From: a virus
Taxonomy: Duplodnaviria > Heunggongvirae > Uroviricota > Caudoviricetes
Direction: 5' to 3' (one strand)
DNA length: 64,000 nucleotides
IMG/VR virus record: IMGVR_UViG_3300024308_000004
Span: 38,641-102,640 of that record
Under the pieces are notes generated by a model that worked only from the letters and a program-made list of their open reading frames with translations, was not told the origin of the DNA and made no database searches. The position numbers were made by a program, and so were the translations under genes. Below are positions 9,368 through 17,953 of the stretch, one piece after another. Numbering within the stretch: the first letter of the stretch is position 1; the number at the start of each line of letters is the position of its first letter.

Positions 9368-12300
9368 ATGACAGACAAAGTAATGTGGGGCTTCCAGACG
9401 CACTTTAGCGTCGGAGAATCCATCATCGATCCGGAGGAGGGCGTCAAGCTCGCCTCCGAAAACGGCTATACGCACGTTGCCCTGGCGGACACAATGTCCG
9501 TCTCGGCGCTTATCAGTGCGACCAAGCAGGGCAAGAAGTCCGGGGTGAAGGTTATCCCGGGTGTGACCCTGCGCGTCAAGAATCCGTATGTAGAGTGGGG
9601 CTATTTGTATCCACGCGTGTACGCCAAGACAGAAGCCGCAATGAAGCGGCTCTATGCGTTGTTGTCCGACACCGAAAAGGACCGCGACTGGCATTACGTC
9701 ACGCTGGAAAAACTCTGCGATGCGCTCGCAGATGACATGACGGTTGCGTCAGGGGTAGTGTATGGCCTGTTTGGGTCGTCGCTCACCGTAGCGCAGCGCG
9801 ATGAAGTGATCGCTAAGATCGAGGATCGCGTGGGCCGCAATTCCATCAACTTCATGGTTGACGTTGCCGCAATCGAGACGCCTGCTTATGCGATGCAAAA
9901 CGCCGCTGGCATTCTCGCAGCGCGTGGTAAGGAATGGGTGACGGCGATCAACCCGATTGCGCTGTACGCTCGTCCAGGCGATCACGATGCGCGTGACGTG
10001 ATGGGCGCGCTGTTGGCTCGCCGTAAGATCAGCATGGGCACCATGCGTTGGTTCCCGTCGCACAACCGCAATATCAAACCTTTCGGTGAAGTCGAAAAGG
10101 AACTGGAGAATTCGCTGGTTCTGGCTGGTAGCATTGGTTCGCCAATCGTTCACGCTGATTACATGGCGACGTATATAGCGCCGGTATTCCCGTATGAATA
10201 CTACTGGGAAAAATCAGGCCCTGCCATGCCGCAGATGGCTCCTGATGAATTCGAGGAACTGAAATCGCAGTGCAAGGCCCGTTTTGCCGATCGCATCATG
10301 CGACCGGTGTTCGGCTATCAGCCCGACAAGGCTGATCTACCCAAGTATGTGGAGCGCCTGAAATATGAATTGGACATTCTCGGCAAAATGGGTTTCTCGG
10401 GATACTTCCTTCTCGTCGCCGACCTCGTACAGTGGTCCAAAGACAATGGCATTATCGTGGGACCTGGACGCGGTTCTGTTGGCGGGTCTCTTGTCGCCTT
10501 CATCATGGGTATTACGGAAGTTGATCCTATCCGCTTCAATCTCCTCTTTGAGCGATTCATCAACCCCGGACGAAAGGACTTACCCGACGCTGACTTGGAC
10601 TTTCAGTCTGAGCGACGCCATGAAATCATCGGGTATCTCCGCGACCGATATGGACTGGACAATGTTGCGGGGATTAGTAACTACAACACTTTACAAGGAG
10701 CTGGCTCCCTTCGCGATGTTGGCAAAGCTCTCGGTCTGACGGAGAAGGATTATGAGTGTTCAAAGCTTGTCCCGAAGGTACACGGTATACCAGTCGCACT
10801 TGCGGAAGCGCGTCACACCGTCGCAGACATTGACCAGTTCGCCAAGACTCACCCCGAAGCCTTCGACATTAGCTGCCGACTTGAAGGTGTTCTCCGAGCT
10901 ATGGGCCAGCACGCAGCCGGCGTGGTTGTTTGCCACGAGCCTCTGACGAATCGTGCGGTCGTAGAAACGCGCGCCAAGGATCAGTGTATCAATTGGGACA
11001 AGCGTGTGTCGGAAGAACAAGGCTTGGTCAAGATCGATATTCTGGGTCTGTCCAACTTGGACGTGATCGAGAAGGCGTTCAACAAAGTCCGGGATGAAAC
11101 AGGCAAGAAGATCGATATCCTGGATATTGACCTGAACGACCGCAAGGTCTTGGATGCGTTCGGTCGTGGTGAAACTATCGGCGTGTTCCAGTTTGAGTCC
11201 TCGGGTATGCGTAAGCTCCTGAAAGACTTGCAAAAGGGTGGTGATCTGACCTTCGAGGAACTGTCGGCAGCAATGTCGCTGTACCGTCCGGGTCCGATGG
11301 ATTCGGGCATGTTGTCCGACTTCGTTTCGATCCGTCAAGGCGCCCAGGAACCGTACTACGACCACGACAACATGCGTCCTGCCCTGGAAGTAACGGGTGG
11401 CGTGATTATCTATCAGGAGCAGGTCATGCAAGTGGCCCGCGACCTCGCTGGTTTCAGCCTGCAAGAAGCTGACGACCTGCGAAAAGCGATGGGTAAGAAA
11501 GACAAGGACGCAATGGCTGAACAGCGCGACAAGTGGGTCGATGGTTGCGTTGCGCATTCTGGAATGAATGATCGTGTTGCAGGTGCCTTGTTCGACAAGA
11601 TCGAAGCCTTCGCAGGCTATGGTTTCAACCGCTCCCACTCGATTGAGTATTCCATTATCTCGTTCGTGTCCATGTGGCTGAAGGTCTATCACCCTCTGCA
11701 ATTCTACGCAGCGTCCTTGGAGGTTCTTGGCGAAGATAAACTCCTGGGTCTTATCGAGGACGCGGCCAAGCGCGGTATTAAGGTGTTACCTCCTGATATC
11801 AACGGGAGCGATGGCAGCTTTAAGCGCGATGGGTCTGGTAAAAACCTCACCTGCCCCTTCAACCGACTCAAAGGCTTGTCCGACAACACCCAAGCCGCGA
11901 TCCTCACGGCCCGCGAAGCTGGTCCATTCAAATCTAAGGCTGATTTCATCGCTCGGGTGGAAAAGCGCAAGTGCAACTCCCGGCACCAAGAAATCCTCGA
12001 CCGGGTCGGTGCGTTTGCGTCGGTAGAACCAGGCACGCCACCAGCAACATCACCCACTCGCGTGCGTGACCAGTTGGAACTCATGCCGGGGCTGGTCTCA
12101 GCCAAAGTAAACGTGGACCGTGAAGTTGTGTGGGATGAATTCACAAAGGAACAGATCAAGAAATTGGTCATCGATCCGGCAATGGACATTGCAGCTTCGC
12201 CCGTGATGCCCCGTTCGTCCAAGCAAATCCGGGCAATGGTTATCACCGACGCTGCGACCAAACAGGAAGAAAAGTCTGGCGCGTTCATGAATGGCAGCAA

Positions 12301-12679
12301 TGCTGATTACGTCCGCGAAGCCGTTGAAGAAGCTGGTGGTAAATGGAACAAGGGGTTCTACTATACGGCGTTGTGTAAGGTGCCCAAGAAGGATAAGCGG
12401 TTGACTGGTAAGGAAATTTCCGATTGGAAGCCCTTGCTGATGAAGGAAATCGCCATCATCCAGCCACCCATCATCATCGCCCTTGGCTCCGAAACGGCTC
12501 GCATGTTGGTCCCGGATTTGAAGGGCCCAATTAAGGAACTTGCCGGTAAGGTGGTCTATAATAAGGAACTCGATGCGAACATCGTTATCGGCATCAACCC
12601 TGGCATGATCTACGTGGACGAGTCCTCGATGGAACTGTTGGTGAAGACTTTTGATACGGTGCGAGAACTGACCGAATGA
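9368..12679 (+). CDS. dnaE: DNA polymerase III alpha subunit (DnaE-type) with C-terminal UDG-superfamily-like domain
   Basis: N-terminal PHP domain, and the Pol III alpha core [71 protein letters not shown]. The last ~160 aa resemble family-4 UDG in motif order but with the catalytic motifs replaced. Confidence 0.9.
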   Translation: [1103 protein letters not shown]

Positions 12680-12706
12680 CCCCTCCATATACTATAGGTG
12701 CAAGCA

Positions 12707-13240
12707 ATGACAACAACGACAACGATTCCCCCGATCACGGAGTATTACGACCGCGAACTGGCTAAGAAGCATTTATCCACGTTCAACTCGGATTTATCGG
12801 TTGACTTCATGCGCCAAGCTGCGCTGTATGCCTATTGGGCAGCGAAGCTGGTGCAGGCGGAATCACAGTATGATCGGTTGCAGGATACCCTGCGACTGAT
12901 GGAGGCGAGACTGGACAGGGTTGTCCGTGATGATGCAGCTAAGGCTGGTACCAAGGTCACCGAAGCGCAGGTGGCTAAGACTGTCGCGCTTGACAGTCGG
13001 GTTATCACTATGGGTCAGCGTGTGCGTGAGGCGAAGGAGCAAGTTGGTTACTTGAAATCCACTTGTATCGCCTTTGCGCAGCGTAAGGACATGTTGCAGC
13101 AGATGGGTTTTGCCAAATCGAAGGAAGAAGCAGCTGCCGGGATGCACGTCAGGTCTTCCGCTCAGAGTAATCATAACGCCCGTTTGGAAAGGATGAGTCA
13201 TGCTAGATTAGACGATGATTTGGGAGCGGAGGAAGGTTAA
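12707..13240 (+). CDS. Hypothetical coiled-coil protein
   Basis: ORF between dnaE and the SSB gene. In-frame GTG at 12698, first ATG at 12707. Heptad-like charged repeats. Confidence 0.4.
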   Translation: MTTTTTIPPITEYYDRELAKKHLSTFNSDLSVDFMRQAALYAYWAAKLVQAESQYDRLQDTLRLMEARLDRVVRDDAAKAGTKVTEAQVAKTVALDSRVITMGQRVREAKEQVGYLKSTCIAFAQRKDMLQQMGFAKSKEEAAAGMHVRSSAQSNHNARLERMSHARLDDDLGAEEG

Positions 13241-13453
13241 ATAGTCCGCACTCAACTAGGCTATTAGGGGAATAACCCCATATTTATGATAGAAGCATCC
13301 GGACCTAACGGTTAATTGTGTAGCTCTGTCCAGGCGGTGAAAGCCGGCTCGTACATCACGCAATTCAAGGCCACTAGCGATAACCCGCTGGTGGCCTTTC
13401 TTCGTTTAGGAAGATTTATTTTCAACCCAGTTGCAACATTTCTCGCTTCCCGA

Positions 13454-13461
13454 GGTATAAT
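13454..13461 (+). promoter_or_regulatory. Putative -10 element GGTATAAT upstream of the SSB gene
   Basis: ttgcaa...(19 nt)...GGTATAAT lies 47 nt upstream of the ATG at 13508. The leader ends in an AAAAAGGA RBS. Confidence 0.3.
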
Positions 13462-13507
13462 AGTGACACAAGCGAGACACTCTCAAACACAACAAAAAGG
13501 AACACAA

Positions 13508-14344
13508 ATGGCCCTCTTAGACATTATCAAAGCCAATCGCGCCAAGCTCCAGCGTGGTGCCAACAACCGCACTGAGAAGCTCCAGTCGGGCAAGAGCACC
13601 GTTCGCATCCTGCCGTCCTGGACTGGCAGCGAGGACGATGAATTCTCCCAGGCTTGGGGTCAGCACTTCATCAAGGACACTGGTGGTAATCTGAAGGCAG
13701 TTTACATCTGCACCAATACCATCTTCGATGAAGTCTGCCCGATCTGCGAAGCCATTGCGCAAGGCATGGCCACCAACAACGACGAAGATATCCTGAAGGC
13801 TATGAAGGATGGTCGTTCCAGCAAGCGTATCCTGGTGAATGCGCTGTACCTGTCGGGTGGTAAGAACGAGAATCCGACCACCAACCCCGTCGTGCTGGAA
13901 CTGCCGCCGACCGTTTTCGAGAAGATCCTGGCTGCTGCTGCGACCTTCCTGGAAGAAGGCGTCAACGTGTTCAGCCTCAAGGAAGGCCATAACTTCATCA
14001 TCGAAAAGACTGGTGCTGGTATGAACACGGAATACTCCGTCACGCCGTCCCCGCGTGGTAGCGCTGTCAGCATCACCACCGATAAGCTGGTGAACCTGGA
14101 AGATTGGGCACGTCAGGAAGGTGAAGCTGACAAGCAGAAGGCTCTGGCGTCGGTTCGTGCGATTGCCGGTGTTGCAGAAGTCAGTCATACCGCTCCGCGC
14201 CTGGCCGCTCCGACCAGCAACTCGGCGACCAATGCTCGACTGCGTGATACCAACGTTGTTGACGCCGACTTTGAGGACGTTGTTGAACAGAAGCCGGACT
14301 TGTCGGGTTCGGATAACATCGACGACTTCCTGGGCGAACTGTAA
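13508..14344 (+). CDS. Single-stranded DNA-binding protein, T4 gp32-like
   Basis: VRILPS (compare T4 IRFLPS), a Cys/His zinc site (CTNTIFDEVCPICE) and an acidic C-terminal tail DNIDDFLGEL. The upstream in-frame extension from 13316 is judged noncoding. Confidence 0.75.
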   Translation: MALLDIIKANRAKLQRGANNRTEKLQSGKSTVRILPSWTGSEDDEFSQAWGQHFIKDTGGNLKAVYICTNTIFDEVCPICEAIAQGMATNNDEDILKAMKDGRSSKRILVNALYLSGGKNENPTTNPVVLELPPTVFEKILAAAATFLEEGVNVFSLKEGHNFIIEKTGAGMNTEYSVTPSPRGSAVSITTDKLVNLEDWARQEGEADKQKALASVRAIAGVAEVSHTAPRLAAPTSNSATNARLRDTNVVDADFEDVVEQKPDLSGSDNIDDFLGEL

Positions 14345-14353
14345 GGAGTAACA

Positions 14354-14380
14354 AAGGGCCTCGCAATGAGGCCCTTTTCA
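14354..14380 (+). terminator. Rho-independent terminator after the SSB gene
   Basis: GGGCCTC-gcaat-GAGGCCC stem followed by a TTTT tract. The first ATG of the downstream ORF lies inside this hairpin. Confidence 0.6.
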
Positions 14381-14383
14381 TTT

Positions 14384-15328
14384 ATGGCTAATCATTACCT
14401 ACTTATCGACGCCAACAACCTGATGTATAGCGTCCAATACGGTGCGCGCAAACTGACTGCCGGTGAAACGGAAGTAACGTCAGTCTTCGGTGTGCTTGGC
14501 AAGGTTCGTGACTTGATGTGCAGGTATCCCAACGCAACTCCTATTGTTTTGTGGGATTCAAGCCCATCGTTTCGCGCTGACATTTATCCAGAGTACAAAG
14601 CGAATCGCAAGGAAAACAAACAGGTAGCAGCCATCACTGCTGCACTGCGTCCGCAACGTCCCATTCTGAAAGAAGTCCTGACACACTTGGGCGTCCGTCA
14701 ATACACAGTCCATAAGTATGAAGCGGATGATCTAGCAGCAGACTTGTCCCGGCGTATGTCGGCAGCAGGTCACAAGGTCACGCTTGTCACGCGTGACGGT
14801 GACTGGCAGCAGTTGGTAGACCACAATGTCACTTGGTTCGATCACAAGACCGAAGTGTCGTTGACGCCCGAGAACTTTGAGGAAGTGACCGGCTACAAGA
14901 CGCCGTACCACTTTACAGAAGGCAAGATTATTCAGGGTGACGCAGGCGATAACGTCAAGGGTGTCGGTGGGCTGGGTGAAGGATCGGCAGCCATGATTAT
15001 GCGGGACTTTGAATCGCTGGATGATCTATACAACAAGTGGCATGAGTTTGAGCCTACGATTCAGAAGGGCACCGACTGGTCACGCAACAAGTTCCGGGTC
15101 GTAAAAGCCTTTGAGGACAAAGACTTATGGGCGAAGTACGATCTGAACCGCGCACTTATGGATCTAGTGTCGCGTCAATATACCGGGATACAGTACCAGA
15201 CTGACGCCCAGTATAATGAGCAAGCGGTTAAAGCAAAGTTTGCCGCACTAGGGTTCCATTCGATTCTGCGTAAGTGGGAGCCCTGGATTGAACCATTCTT
15301 ACGCACTGCCAAAAAGGAAAAACAATGA
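14384..15328 (+). CDS. 5'-3' exonuclease / flap endonuclease (T4 RNase H / FEN family)
   Basis: N-terminal PIN-like LLIDANNLMY, acidic metal-binding residues, H3TH region. The second ATG (14384) is preferred because the ATG at 14366 sits in the terminator stem. Confidence 0.75.
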   Translation: MANHYLLIDANNLMYSVQYGARKLTAGETEVTSVFGVLGKVRDLMCRYPNATPIVLWDSSPSFRADIYPEYKANRKENKQVAAITAALRPQRPILKEVLTHLGVRQYTVHKYEADDLAADLSRRMSAAGHKVTLVTRDGDWQQLVDHNVTWFDHKTEVSLTPENFEEVTGYKTPYHFTEGKIIQGDAGDNVKGVGGLGEGSAAMIMRDFESLDDLYNKWHEFEPTIQKGTDWSRNKFRVVKAFEDKDLWAKYDLNRALMDLVSRQYTGIQYQTDAQYNEQAVKAKFAALGFHSILRKWEPWIEPFLRTAKKEKQ

Positions 15329-16446
15329 GCCTTGATATTGATAACCTGATTAACGACGCTATTGGTGAAAACGATCCGCAGCAAGGAGTTCCCGGGTGGC
15401 TGGACACCGGTTACCCGCCTCTGAATAAGGCAATTTCCAGCATGTGGGACGGTGGTCTGCCGATGGGTCGCATGATCGAGATTTTCGGTCCCCCGTCATG
15501 TGGCAAGACTGCTGTGGCTACGAAGGCAATGGCTAGCGCACAGGCTATGGGTGGCGTTGCGGCATTCATGGATCACGAAACCTCGTTCGACATTGGTCTG
15601 GCGAAAGACCTGGGGCTGGATCCGACTTCGCGCTGGGTTTACAAGCAGCCCACTACGTTTGAGCAGTCCATTGATATGGTGAAAATTCTCGCCAAGCGAC
15701 TGCGGAATGTGGATGACAAGCTGCGCCCATTGAAGGGCAAAGCTCCGTTGCCAATGGACAAGCCGATTGTGGTTGTGTTCGACTCACTGGCTTCGATGGT
15801 TCCTGATTCCAAAATGTACGACTCCAAGGGCAAGATGAAGGAAGCTGGTGATAACACCATGCACGACAAGCTGGCCCTGGCAGCTGCAACCAGTTCGCAT
15901 TTCCCCCTGCTGGTTCAGATTGCCAACAAGTGCAATATTTGCCTGATCTTCCTGAATCAGGTCCGTACCAAGCCGGGTATTGTTTACGGCGATGCGACGA
16001 CTACGCCGGGTGGTAATGCTCCCGAGTTCAACGCGTCCGTTCGTATCGGCTTGACCCGCGAAATGATTAAGGACAAGGACAAGAACATCATCGGTCAGAC
16101 CGTCAAGGCGTTTGTTCGCAAGAACAAGGTCTCGGCACCTTTCAGGAAGGCTCAGTGGAACTTTATGTTCCGTGAAGATGGCTCGGGTTACTTCGACGTT
16201 GATGGTTCCCTGGTCGAACTGCTGGCTGATAGCGGTATCCTTGAGCGCGACGGCAATGGTTACATTTGGACCGACGGCAAGAAGTACATGAAGCCAGCGT
16301 TGAAGGAGAAGATCGAGAAGGAGAATCTCCGTCCGGAACTGCTGCGACTGCTGCAAGGCGTCGAACTGGAAGAAGGCGTCCTGGGTGATACTGTCGCCGA
16401 CTTCGGTCTGGAAGAGAACGACCACGAAGAAGGCGACGAGGAGTAA
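15325..16446 (+). CDS. RecA/UvsX-like recombinase
   Basis: GGLPMGRMIEIFGPPSCGKT Walker A (compare RecA [20 protein letters not shown]), FMDHE, IFLNQVR and TTTPGGNA motifs. Acidic C-terminus. Confidence 0.85.
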   Translation: MSLDIDNLINDAIGENDPQQGVPGWLDTGYPPLNKAISSMWDGGLPMGRMIEIFGPPSCGKTAVATKAMASAQAMGGVAAFMDHETSFDIGLAKDLGLDPTSRWVYKQPTTFEQSIDMVKILAKRLRNVDDKLRPLKGKAPLPMDKPIVVVFDSLASMVPDSKMYDSKGKMKEAGDNTMHDKLALAAATSSHFPLLVQIANKCNICLIFLNQVRTKPGIVYGDATTTPGGNAPEFNASVRIGLTREMIKDKDKNIIGQTVKAFVRKNKVSAPFRKAQWNFMFREDGSGYFDVDGSLVELLADSGILERDGNGYIWTDGKKYMKPALKEKIEKENLRPELLRLLQGVELEEGVLGDTVADFGLEENDHEEGDEE

Positions 16447-16449
16447 TCA

Positions 16450-16851
16450 ATGCCTACGGTCTTGAAGACCGTCAAGTCCCAGTCAGGCAAGCGTGTGCTT
16501 GGCTGGGTTGTTCACACGGACCTTGACGGCGTTTGTTTGGTCTTGAAGCGTATGCCTGCGAAGATCGCAGTGCGCACCAAGCGCAAGGAATACAAGTCCA
16601 TCAATGATTCGGCAGATCGTGAAGAGGCGGGTTGGTCATTAGACCACCCGCTTATTCGCGCAGTCCAATCTTTCAATGTGGACAATGTGGTTGTCTACGT
16701 CCCCAAACCAGGCATTGTGTATACAACACCTGCGTCCAATTACTTCACTCCCGGTATTGTCAAGTTTGTTCCCCGCACCAAAGAGGGCGAAAAGATTCGG
16801 TGCGTAGGTCTTGAACACTTCACACGTCGCCAGTTCAGGGTGAAGCTATAA
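16450..16851 (+). CDS. Hypothetical protein
   Basis: ORF between the recombinase and the nuclease genes. No recognised motif. Confidence 0.4.
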   Translation: MPTVLKTVKSQSGKRVLGWVVHTDLDGVCLVLKRMPAKIAVRTKRKEYKSINDSADREEAGWSLDHPLIRAVQSFNVDNVVVYVPKPGIVYTTPASNYFTPGIVKFVPRTKEGEKIRCVGLEHFTRRQFRVKL

Positions 16852-16870
16852 TGAAAAGAAAGAGGCAAGC

Positions 16871-17953
16871 ATGACACGACCCATTCTCATTTTCTCCGAT
16901 CCGCATTACCACGATTTCTCCCAGTTCAGCACCATCAATGCGAACGGGTTGAACTCACGGCTTGCGGATACTTTGCGTGCCACGGTTGAGGCGTACAAGA
17001 GCGCCAATGCTCTGGGCGCATACACGGCTATTTGCTGTGGCGATATTTTCCATGTACGTGGCAAGGTCAAGCCTTCGGTTTTAAACCCCACGATGCAGAC
17101 ATTCCGGAACCTGCATGATCGTCTGGCGTTCCGTACGCACGCAATCAGTGGCAATCATGACCTGGAAACCGATAAGTCTTCCGACTTGAACTCGGCGATC
17201 ACTTCGCTGCGGTCGATTGAAGGCTTTGCGGTGCATTCTGAAAACATCTGCCACACGATGCTGGATGAATTCAGCGTGCAGGTGACTTTCATTCCCTGGG
17301 AGCCTGACCTGAAAAAGCTCCGTGCGCTTATTAAGGCTGGCCCAAGGAGCACTGACAAACCTACAGCGCTGGTCATCCACGCGCCCATGAATGGAGTTAT
17401 CAAGGGCTTACCGGATCATGGTCTGACGGTCGATGACTTCAAGGATTGCGGGTTCGACAAGGTATTTATTGGGCACTATCACAACCACAAGTCATTCAAG
17501 GTTGGCAAGACCGAAGTAATTTCAGTAGGCGCCTTGACCCATCAGAACTTCGGTGACGTGGAACATCGTGCAGGTTATCTATTGTGGTATCCCGACACGG
17601 GTAAGGTCGAGCAGTTCGCGACCAAGGCCCCGAGGTTCATACACGTCCCGGCTGATCGTGTGCAGGACTTGGTACCTGGTGCTGCGGCTGATAACTACAT
17701 CAAGGTTGTTGATGGTGAGTTTGAGAACGAGGCAGAAATCCAGGCGATCCGTGATGAACTGATCCTGAAAGGCGCCAAGGCTGTCGTAGTCGAAGGGATC
17801 ACTAAGCGTCCGGCAGTCACACGCGGGACCACTACGACTTCGGCAGCACCAACGATCCATTCGATCTTGGGTGATTACGTGCAACGGACTTATCCAGGTG
17901 ATGAAGCTGCGTTGGCTGAGGCTATGGATATTCTCAATGAGGTTTATGTATGA
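16871..17953 (+). CDS. SbcD/Mre11-like nuclease (T4 gp47-like)
   Basis: Calcineurin-like phosphoesterase motifs ILIFSDPHY, CCGDIFH, ISGNHD, GHYH. Confidence 0.75.
   Translation: MTRPILIFSDPHYHDFSQFSTINANGLNSRLADTLRATVEAYKSANALGAYTAICCGDIFHVRGKVKPSVLNPTMQTFRNLHDRLAFRTHAISGNHDLETDKSSDLNSAITSLRSIEGFAVHSENICHTMLDEFSVQVTFIPWEPDLKKLRALIKAGPRSTDKPTALVIHAPMNGVIKGLPDHGLTVDDFKDCGFDKVFIGHYHNHKSFKVGKTEVISVGALTHQNFGDVEHRAGYLLWYPDTGKVEQFATKAPRFIHVPADRVQDLVPGAAADNYIKVVDGEFENEAEIQAIRDELILKGAKAVVVEGITKRPAVTRGTTTTSAAPTIHSILGDYVQRTYPGDEAALAEAMDILNEVYV

Noticed and set aside
9368-12679. Possible intein or intron interrupting the 1103-aa DnaE, or nrdA/nrdB
   Set aside because: Conserved polymerase and RNR motifs appear in the expected order and spacing without insertions bearing intein (C/S ... 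HN) or homing-endonuclease signatures.
13316-13507. In-frame upstream extension of the SSB ORF (ORF track start 13316)
   Set aside because: The extension is AT-rich intergenic-looking sequence containing the promoter-like GGTATAAT and hairpins. An ATG with a good RBS at 13508 gives a gp32-sized product.
14366-14383. First ATG (14366) of the FEN/RNase H ORF
   Set aside because: It sits within the stem of the SSB gene terminator hairpin. The second ATG at 14384 yields the conserved N-terminus MANHYLLIDANN.
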